Of a DNA stretch of 64,000 bases, positions 18,732 through 27,763 are shown in pieces. A program made the translations under genes and the position numbers. The stretch is from contig OY762428.1 of NCBI GenBank assembly GCA_963665665.1, forward strand, positions 800,001 to 864,000, read 5' to 3'. Within the stretch, counting starts at the first letter, position 1; every line of letters starts with the position of its first letter. The stretch comes from Candidatus Kapaibacterium sp. GTDB lineage: Bacteria; Bacteroidota; Ignavibacteria; Kapaibacteriales; UBA2268. The notes under the pieces were generated by a model. It did not search any database, had not been told where the DNA came from, and saw only the letters and a list, made by a program, of their open reading frames with translations.

Positions 18732-20260
18732 TTAATATACCTCCTGAAATAGTTGAATTTATTGCCTCGCGGGGATTAGAATTCTCCAAACCGGCATATA
18801 TAATTGCTAATTACGATGAAAAGATAGTTAACTTCGGCGGCGAACTTAGTTATTATGGTTTCAATAATATAAGTTTCGGTGATGATATCAATGATGTTCA
18901 TAGCATGTTCGAGGGATATTTCCCCTTCAGGGGTTCAGAAACAGAACTACCACTTATAAAATTCAATGACGACATAAGAGCAAACGTTTTTATCTTTCAC
19001 CGCAGCAGTCATTACTGGATTGTTTTTTTAGATATTTCACAATCAGAAGATAAATTGAAGGAATTCTACCAGGCAAGGAATGATCAGAAATTGTTCCTTG
19101 ACAAAGAATTTCATTTTAGTAACGATGACTCGGTATTCGATGTTCTCAGATTCCTTGATATTTTAGTATTGGAAAGGAAGAGCCAGGATATTTTCGCTGC
19201 TCACGGGAAAGCTCCTATTTGGGCAGATTTTCTGAAACCAGGTTCCAAAGGATATGTTAATACATCGAAACTTATTGACAAGTATCAATTTGTTGAAATA
19301 TTTCTGATGACAGCTGAAGTTTTCTGGGAAAATAACAACCGCGGGCTGATGAAAAGCGATATATGGTCGGAAGAAGATGAAAACAGGAATGAAATATTTA
19401 TGGAAGCAACGGCAATTAGCATGGGTGTAAGAAAGTTCCTGCTTATCCAGAAATCATCAAGTTCGGCCAATGAAAAAAGAATGCTGATACAGCGTGCCAG
19501 GGAACTTAGCCTTGAGCATGAACTCAGGAAAAAAGCCGAAGCTGCCCTTGAAAAGAAAAATAAAGAATTACAGGAGCTAAATGCTACAAAGGATAAATTT
19601 TTCTCGATAATTGCCCACGACCTGAGAAACCCGATCGGAGCTTTCAGAAATATTACCGAAGTATTTTCACTGCATCTTAATAAAATGTCTGAGGATGAAA
19701 TCCATGAATTGATTGTAATGCTCAGCGATCAGAGCAACAACCTGATACGGCTGCTTGACAATCTGCTTCAATGGTCCAGGGCTCAAATGGGGTCCATTAA
19801 ATACAGGCCAGATATTCATAACATAAATGAAATAATTTCAAATATTATTGAAATCCAAAATGTTCAGGCAATTGAAAAAAATATTAAAATTGAAAATAAA
19901 ATTGATATTAAAGATGCTGTATATTGCGATAGTGATATAATTGCCGTTGTTACCAGGAATTTAATTTCCAATGCAATAAAATTTACTGAAAAGGGAGGTG
20001 AAATTGTTGTATGGAGTGAAGATAAGGATAATGAAATTATTTTTCACGTGCAGGATAGTGGTGTCGGGATTTGCGAATCTAATCTAAATAAATTATTCAC
20101 CATCGACTCGAATTTAAGCACTTCAGGGACTTCAAAGGAAAAAGGAACAGGTTTAGGATTGATTCTCTGTAAGGAATTTATTAATTTACATAAAGGGAGA
20201 ATATGGGTTGAAAGCGATTGCGGAAAAGGCAGTACTTTCAGTTTCTCGATACAGAAATAG
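18728..20260 (+). CDS. Cytoplasmic sensor histidine kinase
   Basis: H-box IAHDLRNP, N-box NLISNAIKF, DSGVGI, GTGLGL; ATGA overlap with GTPase gene. Confidence 0.92.
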   Translation: MINIPPEIVEFIASRGLEFSKPAYIIANYDEKIVNFGGELSYYGFNNISFGDDINDVHSMFEGYFPFRGSETELPLIKFNDDIRANVFIFHRSSHYWIVFLDISQSEDKLKEFYQARNDQKLFLDKEFHFSNDDSVFDVLRFLDILVLERKSQDIFAAHGKAPIWADFLKPGSKGYVNTSKLIDKYQFVEIFLMTAEVFWENNNRGLMKSDIWSEEDENRNEIFMEATAISMGVRKFLLIQKSSSSANEKRMLIQRARELSLEHELRKKAEAALEKKNKELQELNATKDKFFSIIAHDLRNPIGAFRNITEVFSLHLNKMSEDEIHELIVMLSDQSNNLIRLLDNLLQWSRAQMGSIKYRPDIHNINEIISNIIEIQNVQAIEKNIKIENKIDIKDAVYCDSDIIAVVTRNLISNAIKFTEKGGEIVVWSEDKDNEIIFHVQDSGVGICESNLNKLFTIDSNLSTSGTSKEKGTGLGLILCKEFINLHKGRIWVESDCGKGSTFSFSIQK

Positions 20261-20618
20261 ATTTCATGGGGAAAAATGAAAATTGGGGATCACATATAAA
20301 AAATTTCTTAATTAGCCATTCATTGATTTAAAATATTTATAAAATGATATCTTAATTATTTATTATCAACCAAAATATTTTTATATACGATTGTAAAAGC
20401 AACAGTATGGGTACTTTCTCCTCCTTCTGTTATTTTAGACAGGCTCCTGAATCACTACCATCCTTTTTTATACAAGGGAAATGTTGGAGGATTATAGATA
20501 TTTTGAAAAATTATTATATTGGAGCGGGTCAAAATTGCCGGGAAAAAAGGGTCAATTTTTTAATTGGAATCAACATTTAGTGAATCTGAAATTGAGTTTT
20601 ATCGTTTTTTCAATTTTC

Positions 20619-21884
20619 TCAGTTGTTCAATATTGGGATTTTTACAATAAAAGTACTTCCATCCCCCGGTTTGCTTTCAACTTCAATTATCCCGCCAAGA
20701 GCATCAACATATCTTTTACTGATAGATAATCCAAGGCCAATCCCTCTTTGCAGGCCAATATATTTTGAACTTCTGTAAAATGGTTCGAATATTTTTTCCA
20801 GTTCCCCGGCAGATATACCGTCTCCAAAATCTGTTATTGAAAAAATAAAAGAATTATCAGGCATATTGAATGTAATGATAATTGGTTTTTCTTGTGGTGA
20901 ATATATTTGCGCGTTAGTTAATAAGTTTTTCATGATATTTTTTAGCAAATGGATATCTGTGCATACCTTTGTAGTTGTGCTATTGTTCTTTATTTCAAGC
21001 CTTCTGCCGGAATTAGCTTTAATTTCCGAAGCAAATATATTGGCCAGGTCAACAAAATCTAAAAGTTCCCGATTTACCCGAATTTTGTGAATATCTGAGG
21101 GGTTGACTTCCAGAGTTTTGTCCAGCAGTTCTGTCATCGATTGAACTGAAGAGAAAATTTTATCGAAAAACCTATCGTATTTAATGTCTCTTCCTTTGCT
21201 CAGGGCTACTTTAATAATTTCAGCCGAAGATAATATTTCTGTCAGGGGTGTTCTGTATTCATGTGAAATTGTCGAAATAATCTCTGATTTTAAAAGTCCT
21301 ATTACTCTTTCTTTTTCAAGCAATATTTCTAAATTATGATGGGCTTCTTCCAGCTCGAGGGTTCTTAATTTAACTCTTTCTTCAAGATCCCTGTTCATTT
21401 TAGCAAGGTCATCCCCGAATTTTTTTCTTTGGGTAATTTCGCTTTTCGCTTCATCAATTTCAACCTTTTTTTCAACTATACGCCTGGACAGGTCTGAAAC
21501 ATCATTAACTGTAATTGCCAGATAATTAACAGAATCATCCTGCTCGAAAACAGGGAACATTGATATATTCTGCTTAACATTACCGCAGTTTTTACCTTTT
21601 GCAACAAAAAGGCATTCATGCAGCTGAGATGACAAAGTAACAGGCAGGCCTTTTTCAAATGCAATCTTCAATCTGTTTTTTAGCAGTGGATTTGAAAAAG
21701 CAGGGAAAAGGCAATCAATTTTAGAACCCAGAATATGTTCTCTTTCAATACCGGTATATGTTTCCAATATTGAATTCCAGAATATTACTTTCTCTGATTC
21801 ATCTATAATGCAACAACCTGTTGCAATGTAATCAAGCAATGAAAATCTTGCGCTAAAGCTATTATTCCTGATTGGCTTATTCAT
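20619..21884 (-). CDS. PAS-domain histidine kinase
   Basis: N-terminal PAS (IIDESEKVIFWN); SHEYRTPLT, NLLTNA, GIGLGL. Confidence 0.9.
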   Translation of the reverse strand: MNKPIRNNSFSARFSLLDYIATGCCIIDESEKVIFWNSILETYTGIEREHILGSKIDCLFPAFSNPLLKNRLKIAFEKGLPVTLSSQLHECLFVAKGKNCGNVKQNISMFPVFEQDDSVNYLAITVNDVSDLSRRIVEKKVEIDEAKSEITQRKKFGDDLAKMNRDLEERVKLRTLELEEAHHNLEILLEKERVIGLLKSEIISTISHEYRTPLTEILSSAEIIKVALSKGRDIKYDRFFDKIFSSVQSMTELLDKTLEVNPSDIHKIRVNRELLDFVDLANIFASEIKANSGRRLEIKNNSTTTKVCTDIHLLKNIMKNLLTNAQIYSPQEKPIIITFNMPDNSFIFSITDFGDGISAGELEKIFEPFYRSSKYIGLQRGIGLGLSISKRYVDALGGIIEVESKPGDGSTFIVKIPILNN

Positions 21885-22485
21885 TATCTGTGCTTATGTG
21901 TTCATCAATAATCTCGATAATTTTGCTAAGTGTTTCAAATTTCAGAAAAAGAATAAAATCCCCTGACAGTTCTAACTCACTTATGGTAAATTTGGTTTTG
22001 GCAAGAAGTGCTCTTTTGGAATCATCTAAATTATTCTTAATAACATCCTGCATTGTTTGCTCAAGATAAAAAGGAGCCTTGAACCTGATCCGGGTATCGA
22101 GAACATTGCAAATCGATCCCATTAGTGAATTAAGTACAATATTTCCGATTTCAATAAAAGTAGCTTCAAAAAGAGATTCCGTATCCTCCTCTAAGTTATA
22201 ATATCCCGCAAAAGCATGAGTTAATTTATGTGCATTTTCTTTTGTAAAAAATAATTGCGACACTCCGCTAAGAGGGCCGCCAAAATCCATTTGTACAATC
22301 GAGAGTTTGTTGTTCTTCAAATAGTCATATTCTTCGATAGCATCGGCAGAATTAATTATTTTAATATAAGGCACTTCAAGATTGATCGGCTTATTTACCA
22401 GGGAGTTGAGAATGTCCGCAGCCTGGAAAACCCCGATATTGATCAGGTCGTTTAATTTTTTTCTTAATGGATCCTGAATTAGCAT
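21877..22485 (-). CDS. cheC: CheC-like phosphatase
   Basis: DLINIGVFQAADILN and EIGNIVLN motifs; LEVPYI. Confidence 0.82.
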   Translation of the reverse strand: MLIQDPLRKKLNDLINIGVFQAADILNSLVNKPINLEVPYIKIINSADAIEEYDYLKNNKLSIVQMDFGGPLSGVSQLFFTKENAHKLTHAFAGYYNLEEDTESLFEATFIEIGNIVLNSLMGSICNVLDTRIRFKAPFYLEQTMQDVIKNNLDDSKRALLAKTKFTISELELSGDFILFLKFETLSKIIEIIDEHISTDNE

Positions 22486-22883
22486 ACCGACTTCTCCGTT
22501 TCAATAAGCGGTTTCAATAAATTGAAAATATCTTCTTTTCGGGGCGGTTTATTAAGAAATCCGTAAGCACCCAGACTGTAGCATTCATCTTTTACTTTGT
22601 CCTGAATATCAGAAGTGAGTACGATAATCGGAATTTTCATATTATATTCTTTAATTAATTTCAGGAATTCAATGCCATCCATTTCCGGCATTAACAAATC
22701 AAGAATTATTATGTCAGGTTTTTTTGCAAGAACTTTAGCAAAGCCGTTTTTTCCATTTGCTGCTTCTATAGTATCCAGATTCAGTTCGTCAATTGTTCTT
22801 CCTATCATTTTTCGGGCTATCAAAGAATCGTCAATTATCAAAACACGTTTTTTACTTCTATCCATCAGGTCGTTTTCCTTCAT
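22479..22883 (-). CDS. Single-domain (CheY-like) response regulator
   Basis: IIDDS, LDLLMPEMDG, LTSD, NKPP. Confidence 0.9.
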   Translation of the reverse strand: MKENDLMDRSKKRVLIIDDSLIARKMIGRTIDELNLDTIEAANGKNGFAKVLAKKPDIIILDLLMPEMDGIEFLKLIKEYNMKIPIIVLTSDIQDKVKDECYSLGAYGFLNKPPRKEDIFNLLKPLIETEKSVC

Positions 22884-23152
22884 ACGTAAATGTAATCCTA
22901 AACCAAAAATAAATAAAATCATTACCAATTACAATCATTTACAATTACGAAAGTAATATTGGATAATTGTTAAAAATTCAAAACTCTTTGCACACAAATG
23001 AATTCAAGTAGTTTTAAATATTAGCATTATAAAAAAGTAAAATACAGTTTAATCAATTAAAATCGACTATTAATAATTCAGTTCATAAGATGCCGCTGAT
23101 TCATCTTCAACCCAACATCCTGTATGATGGATCAGATTTCAATAGCTTTCCG

Positions 23153-23376
23153 GTAACTACTCAGCACAAAGGAAAGATTTAATGGATATGGATAATAATT
23201 GAAGAAAATGTCACTCTGAACAAAGTGAAGAATCTATTCTTCATAATTTTATCCAAAAAAAAAATGGATTCTTCAGTCGCTTCGCTCCGGAAGCCTGCCC
23301 CGACGTGTCGGGGAATAACAATTTTGCAATTATTCTTTTCATAAACAGAACAATATTATATTTGCTGAGCAGTAAC
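23153..23376 (+). mobile_element. MITE, copy 1 (IS66-like ends)
   Basis: Ends GTAACTACTCAGCA..TGCTGAGCAGTAAC; 8-bp flanking direct repeat GCTTTCCG (23145-23152, 23377-23384); homologous to 45869-46071. Confidence 0.88.
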
Positions 23377-23502
23377 GCTTTCCGAATATCAAAAATTCAA
23401 GTATTTAAGTGAGCCAAAGACACATAATCTCCGCGCCGTCGGTACAAGAAACATTGCAACGTCACGTCAAAGAAAAAGGTATTATGAACAAAAGGTACGG
23501 AA

Positions 23503-24735
23503 ATGGAACGAATTATGATTTTTTTCTCGGTACTGCTGATATTAATCCTGCTTATTGAATTCTATGTATTAAAGAACTGGACGAGGTTTACCAAAGAAAG
23601 AAACTGGATGAAATGGACTTATCTTCTTCCATGGTTCGTTAGTGCTCTAACCCTTTTGATGACAATAATAACACTGGGAATCAGAATATCCGGTGCTGAT
23701 AGTGGTTTAGCGGACAAAATATATTTGTCAATGGTAAGTTTGTGGATAGTTCCCAAGATTGTTATCGTACCATTCCTGATTTTAAAAGATATTTCAAAAT
23801 TTCCCCGCAAAATTTTCAGGAAGTTATCGGGAAGAAGAAAGGATTTATCTGCTATCAGAGTCAATAAGTCCAATTCACGTAGAAGATTTGTACAGACCGT
23901 TGGGTGGAGCCTTGCCGGAATACCTTTTGTTGCTGCCGGGCACGGTATGATAAAAACCCGCTACAATTTTACGGTTTATGAAAGCGATGTGTGGCTTGAT
24001 AATTTAGATCCTGCTTTGGATGGTCTGAAAATTGTACAGATCTCGGATATTCACGCTGGATCTTTTATCAGTGCCGAACCTTTTAAAAATGCTGTAGGAA
24101 TAATTAATTCCCTTGATCCGGATATCATTACTCTGACCGGTGATTTTGTTAATAGCCGGCATCAGGAAACTGATATTATTCTTGATGATTTTAAAAGCCT
24201 GAAAGCAGGCTATGGAGTTTTCGGATGCCTTGGAAACCATGACCACTATATGGATGAGCCTGATAAAAAGATATTACTCGAAAAGCTAAAAAGCTCAGGT
24301 GTTGATATGCTTGTAAACGAGAACAGGACAATTACCGTAAACAGCCAGGGGTTACAGATTGCAGGTGTGGACAATACCGGGCATAATACTCACTATGCAG
24401 ATTTTGATAAAGCCATAAAAGGATTATCTGCTGATGAACCAATCGTAATGCTATGCCATGACCCCACTAACTGGGATAAATCTGTAAGGAATAAGTTGCC
24501 GATAGACCTTATGCTTACAGGGCATACACACGGAGGGCAGATTGGAATGGAATTATTTGGCAGGTATATCTCGCCTGTAAGAATGGTTTATAAGCAATGG
24601 GCAGGCCTTTACAAAGATTCCGAGCAATATCTTTATGTTAATCGCGGACTTGGAACAGTAGGGCCTAATATCCGCGTAGCTATGCCACCGGAAATAACTC
24701 TTATCAGGTTGCGCTCATCGCAATCAGCGGTTTAA
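23503..24735 (+). CDS. Membrane-anchored metallophosphoesterase (YkuE/YaeI-like)
   Basis: SDIH, TGDF, GNHD, LCHDP, GHTHGGQ. Confidence 0.92.
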   Translation: MERIMIFFSVLLILILLIEFYVLKNWTRFTKERNWMKWTYLLPWFVSALTLLMTIITLGIRISGADSGLADKIYLSMVSLWIVPKIVIVPFLILKDISKFPRKIFRKLSGRRKDLSAIRVNKSNSRRRFVQTVGWSLAGIPFVAAGHGMIKTRYNFTVYESDVWLDNLDPALDGLKIVQISDIHAGSFISAEPFKNAVGIINSLDPDIITLTGDFVNSRHQETDIILDDFKSLKAGYGVFGCLGNHDHYMDEPDKKILLEKLKSSGVDMLVNENRTITVNSQGLQIAGVDNTGHNTHYADFDKAIKGLSADEPIVMLCHDPTNWDKSVRNKLPIDLMLTGHTHGGQIGMELFGRYISPVRMVYKQWAGLYKDSEQYLYVNRGLGTVGPNIRVAMPPEITLIRLRSSQSAV

Positions 24736-25905
24736 ATATTTGAATGCGGTATTAGCCATCATCGCTGCTCCCAAAGCCAGAGCAGATTCGTCAGGACAAA
24801 AACCTGAATTGTGCAGAGGAGGCATTGTGGCCATTGAATTGGGCCTAACCCCGAGAAACCAGAACACTGAGGGCTTATAGCGTGAATAGTAAGCAAAATC
24901 CTCGGCCCACATTTTGGGTTCGGTTTCGATAACGTTTTCCGATCCGAATATTTCAGCAGCTGAGGTTTTTACAAAATCAGTCAGGGATTTATCATTGATC
25001 AATGAAGGATAGCCGTTTACGATATTCAACTCACATTCGGTATCATATAATGAAGCAATTTTACCCGAGTTCTCTTCGATGAACTTTTGGGCCTGTTTCC
25101 GCCAGTCTTCGTCGTAGGAACGAAGAGTTCCTTTCAGTTCTGCTTTATCCGGAATAATATTTGTTGTAAAACCTGAATTAAATGCCGTAACAGAAAGAAC
25201 TCCCGGAGTAAGAGGATTTCGGAATTTTGATATCAATGATTGAAGGCCGGTAACAATATTGGCAGCAGCTAACAACGGGTCGCGGCTAAGGTGTGGCTGA
25301 GCAGCATGGCCTGATGAACCTTTCACAGTCCAGTATAGCTCGTCGGTGGAGGCCATGAAGGGGCCGGAAGCCAGATGAAGCTCGCCTACAGGAGCTTCTG
25401 GAAAAACATGCTGCCCGAATATGGCTTCGGGTTCGATACCTTCCTTAAGTATTCCCGATTCAATTATCTGTATGGCTCCGCCAGGCAGTTTTTCTTCTCC
25501 CGGCTGGAATATCAGTTTTACCACTCCATTCAATTTATCTTCATTTTCTTTAAGGTATTCTGCTGTGCCAAGAAGCATTGCTATATGCATATCATGTCCG
25601 CATGCATGCATTACCCCGGCATTTTCGGATGAAAATTCCAGCCCGGTAGTTTCCTGAACAGCTAACGCGTCAATATCAGCCCTGAGTGCCACGCAGCTCT
25701 TACCCGATCCAATCACGGCAACAGTGCCGGTTTCAAGAACTTTTGAATATTTTATTCCAATCTTGTCAAGACAGGAACGAATGTATTCCGCCGTTTGAAA
25801 TTCCCTGAAAGAAAGTTCCGGGTTCGAATGGAACTGTCTGCGATGCTTTATGATTTGGTTTTCAATAGCATGAATTGATTTTTTTAAATAATCAGGTTTT
25901 GTCAT
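24724..25905 (-). CDS. M20 family amidohydrolase
   Basis: HSNPELS, LRADIDAL, MHACGHD, FQPGEE, AEDF, PLHN. Confidence 0.93.
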   Translation of the reverse strand: MTKPDYLKKSIHAIENQIIKHRRQFHSNPELSFREFQTAEYIRSCLDKIGIKYSKVLETGTVAVIGSGKSCVALRADIDALAVQETTGLEFSSENAGVMHACGHDMHIAMLLGTAEYLKENEDKLNGVVKLIFQPGEEKLPGGAIQIIESGILKEGIEPEAIFGQHVFPEAPVGELHLASGPFMASTDELYWTVKGSSGHAAQPHLSRDPLLAAANIVTGLQSLISKFRNPLTPGVLSVTAFNSGFTTNIIPDKAELKGTLRSYDEDWRKQAQKFIEENSGKIASLYDTECELNIVNGYPSLINDKSLTDFVKTSAAEIFGSENVIETEPKMWAEDFAYYSRYKPSVFWFLGVRPNSMATMPPLHNSGFCPDESALALGAAMMANTAFKYLNR

Positions 25906-26759
25906 AACAGTTCCCGAACGTTAATATCTTTTGAATCATGTTTTAGAATAACGGCTTCACCATTCAACACTATACCTGAAATATTATCATTATCCAATTC
26001 GAACTTTACCTTCAAAATACTGTTTCCTGGAGTATGGAATGAATACTCGTTCCTTTTGTCTCCTGATAGAAAAAGGCTTACAGCTGATGACATAGCACCG
26101 GTACCGCACGCACCTGTTACCTTCTCCACGCCGCGTTCAAAGGTTTTTATATTAAAGCCTCCATCATCCCGGTTTTGAAGGATATTAATATTCGCTCCGC
26201 CACCTGGAAGTGATTTATTATACCTTAGATTCCGTGCTTTACTATCGATACCGAAATCAGCAAATTCAATTACTTTTCCCTGTCCGCGATGAATAACGAA
26301 ATGATCGGAATCAACGTCAATATAATCGCCGCTGACCGTTCCGTCACCGGTTTCAATTTTCAAATCCTGACTAATTAAAACAGGGGCAGGAAAATGCACG
26401 CTAATCCTGTCTTTTAAAATTTCTGCTGAATAAATATTGTCCAGCATTTGAAAAGAGACATTATGACTATTCCCGATAAGGCCCGAAAATTCGGCAAATC
26501 TGACCGAACATCTTGCGCCATTGCCGCACATCATTGAAGAGCTGCCGTCCGGATTGAAGAATTTAACGGAAAAATCGGCATCATTACTTTTTCCGATAGT
26601 TAGAAATCCTTCCGTATCAATATATTTATTCCATTTCCCGGAACAGGATTTTACTGCCAGATTTGATAATTCCTCATTGCTCAAACCATATTTATCATTA
26701 TTAATTACAGTAAAAAGGTTTCCGGCCCCGGACATATAATTGAAATCAATAAGCATCAT
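25902..26759 (-). CDS. dapF: Diaminopimelate epimerase
   Basis: SGAGNLF, NPDGS..MCGNGARC, FERGVE..TGACGTGA. Confidence 0.92.
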   Translation of the reverse strand: MMLIDFNYMSGAGNLFTVINNDKYGLSNEELSNLAVKSCSGKWNKYIDTEGFLTIGKSNDADFSVKFFNPDGSSSMMCGNGARCSVRFAEFSGLIGNSHNVSFQMLDNIYSAEILKDRISVHFPAPVLISQDLKIETGDGTVSGDYIDVDSDHFVIHRGQGKVIEFADFGIDSKARNLRYNKSLPGGGANINILQNRDDGGFNIKTFERGVEKVTGACGTGAMSSAVSLFLSGDKRNEYSFHTPGNSILKVKFELDNDNISGIVLNGEAVILKHDSKDINVRELL

Positions 26760-27556
26760 AATTTTATATAGTGGTTACATGTACTTAGTTTTTTTACCAG
26801 CTCGGGATGCATTTTTGCAGAACTTGCTATCAAAGTCCGGTCAAAAAGATTATACTCATTGCCATTGAATTCAGTTACTTTGCCGCCTGCCTCCCGGATA
26901 AGAAGAATTCCTGCTGCAACATCCCAGGGATTCAGGTCAATTTCCCAGAAACCGTCGAATATTCCGGCAGCCACATAAGCCAGATCAAGAGCTGCCGAGC
27001 CAAGTCGCCTGACAGGGTTGCCATTACGTATAACATCTACAAAATGATCGATACAATTGCAGGGATTTTTATAAACATTATAAGGAAACCCCGTAACAAG
27101 AAAAGCTGTGCTGTAATCTTCATTTTGAGAAACTGACAGTGCGGCACCGTTCCTTGTTGCCCCCTGCCCCTTAATGGCAACAAAAATCTCATCCAGTACA
27201 GGGTGATAGATTACTCCTGCTACAATCTCATTGTCAATTACAGCAGCAATGCTGATACTGAATATTGGTAATTTATGAGCAAAATTAACAGTGCCATCCA
27301 AAGGATCAATTACCCAGGTAATTTTTTTATTCTCTATACCGCTTTTGCCGCTTTCTTCAGCAAGGAAATTGCTGTCCGGAAAATCATTACCGAGCATTTC
27401 AATGATCATTTTCTCAGACAGGGTATCAAATTCGGTAACTAAATTATTTCTTCCCTCTTTGTTATATATCTTGAAATCAGTTCCGAATCCTCTTCTTAGT
27501 TCCCTGCCTGCGGCATAAGCCGCTTTTACAGCCGCGTCGGCCAGTTGCTTATACAT
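26756..27556 (-). CDS. suhB: Inositol monophosphatase family (SuhB-like)
   Basis: LAEE, WVIDPLDGTVNF, RRLGSAALDL, WDVAAG. Confidence 0.88.
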   Translation of the reverse strand: MYKQLADAAVKAAYAAGRELRRGFGTDFKIYNKEGRNNLVTEFDTLSEKMIIEMLGNDFPDSNFLAEESGKSGIENKKITWVIDPLDGTVNFAHKLPIFSISIAAVIDNEIVAGVIYHPVLDEIFVAIKGQGATRNGAALSVSQNEDYSTAFLVTGFPYNVYKNPCNCIDHFVDVIRNGNPVRRLGSAALDLAYVAAGIFDGFWEIDLNPWDVAAGILLIREAGGKVTEFNGNEYNLFDRTLIASSAKMHPELVKKLSTCNHYIKL

Positions 27557-27763
27557 ATATTTTCCAATTAATCATTAATCATTCAACTTTACAAAGTTAT
27601 GAATATAAAGTAAAGGTTGCAAGAAAAGATAAGCATGTCAAAAAAAATTATTAATTACGATTAAATACTTTCATTAGATTAAAAAAAGTTTATTTGCACC
27701 TGAGATTTTACGTATTTTTTTGTTATTTTGAAACGATACATAAAACTGGCTGGGAATTAATTT

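Noticed and set aside
23455-23483. ECF promoter TGCAAC..GGTATT upstream of the metallophosphoesterase
   Set aside because: Poor -10 match; cannot distinguish from chance
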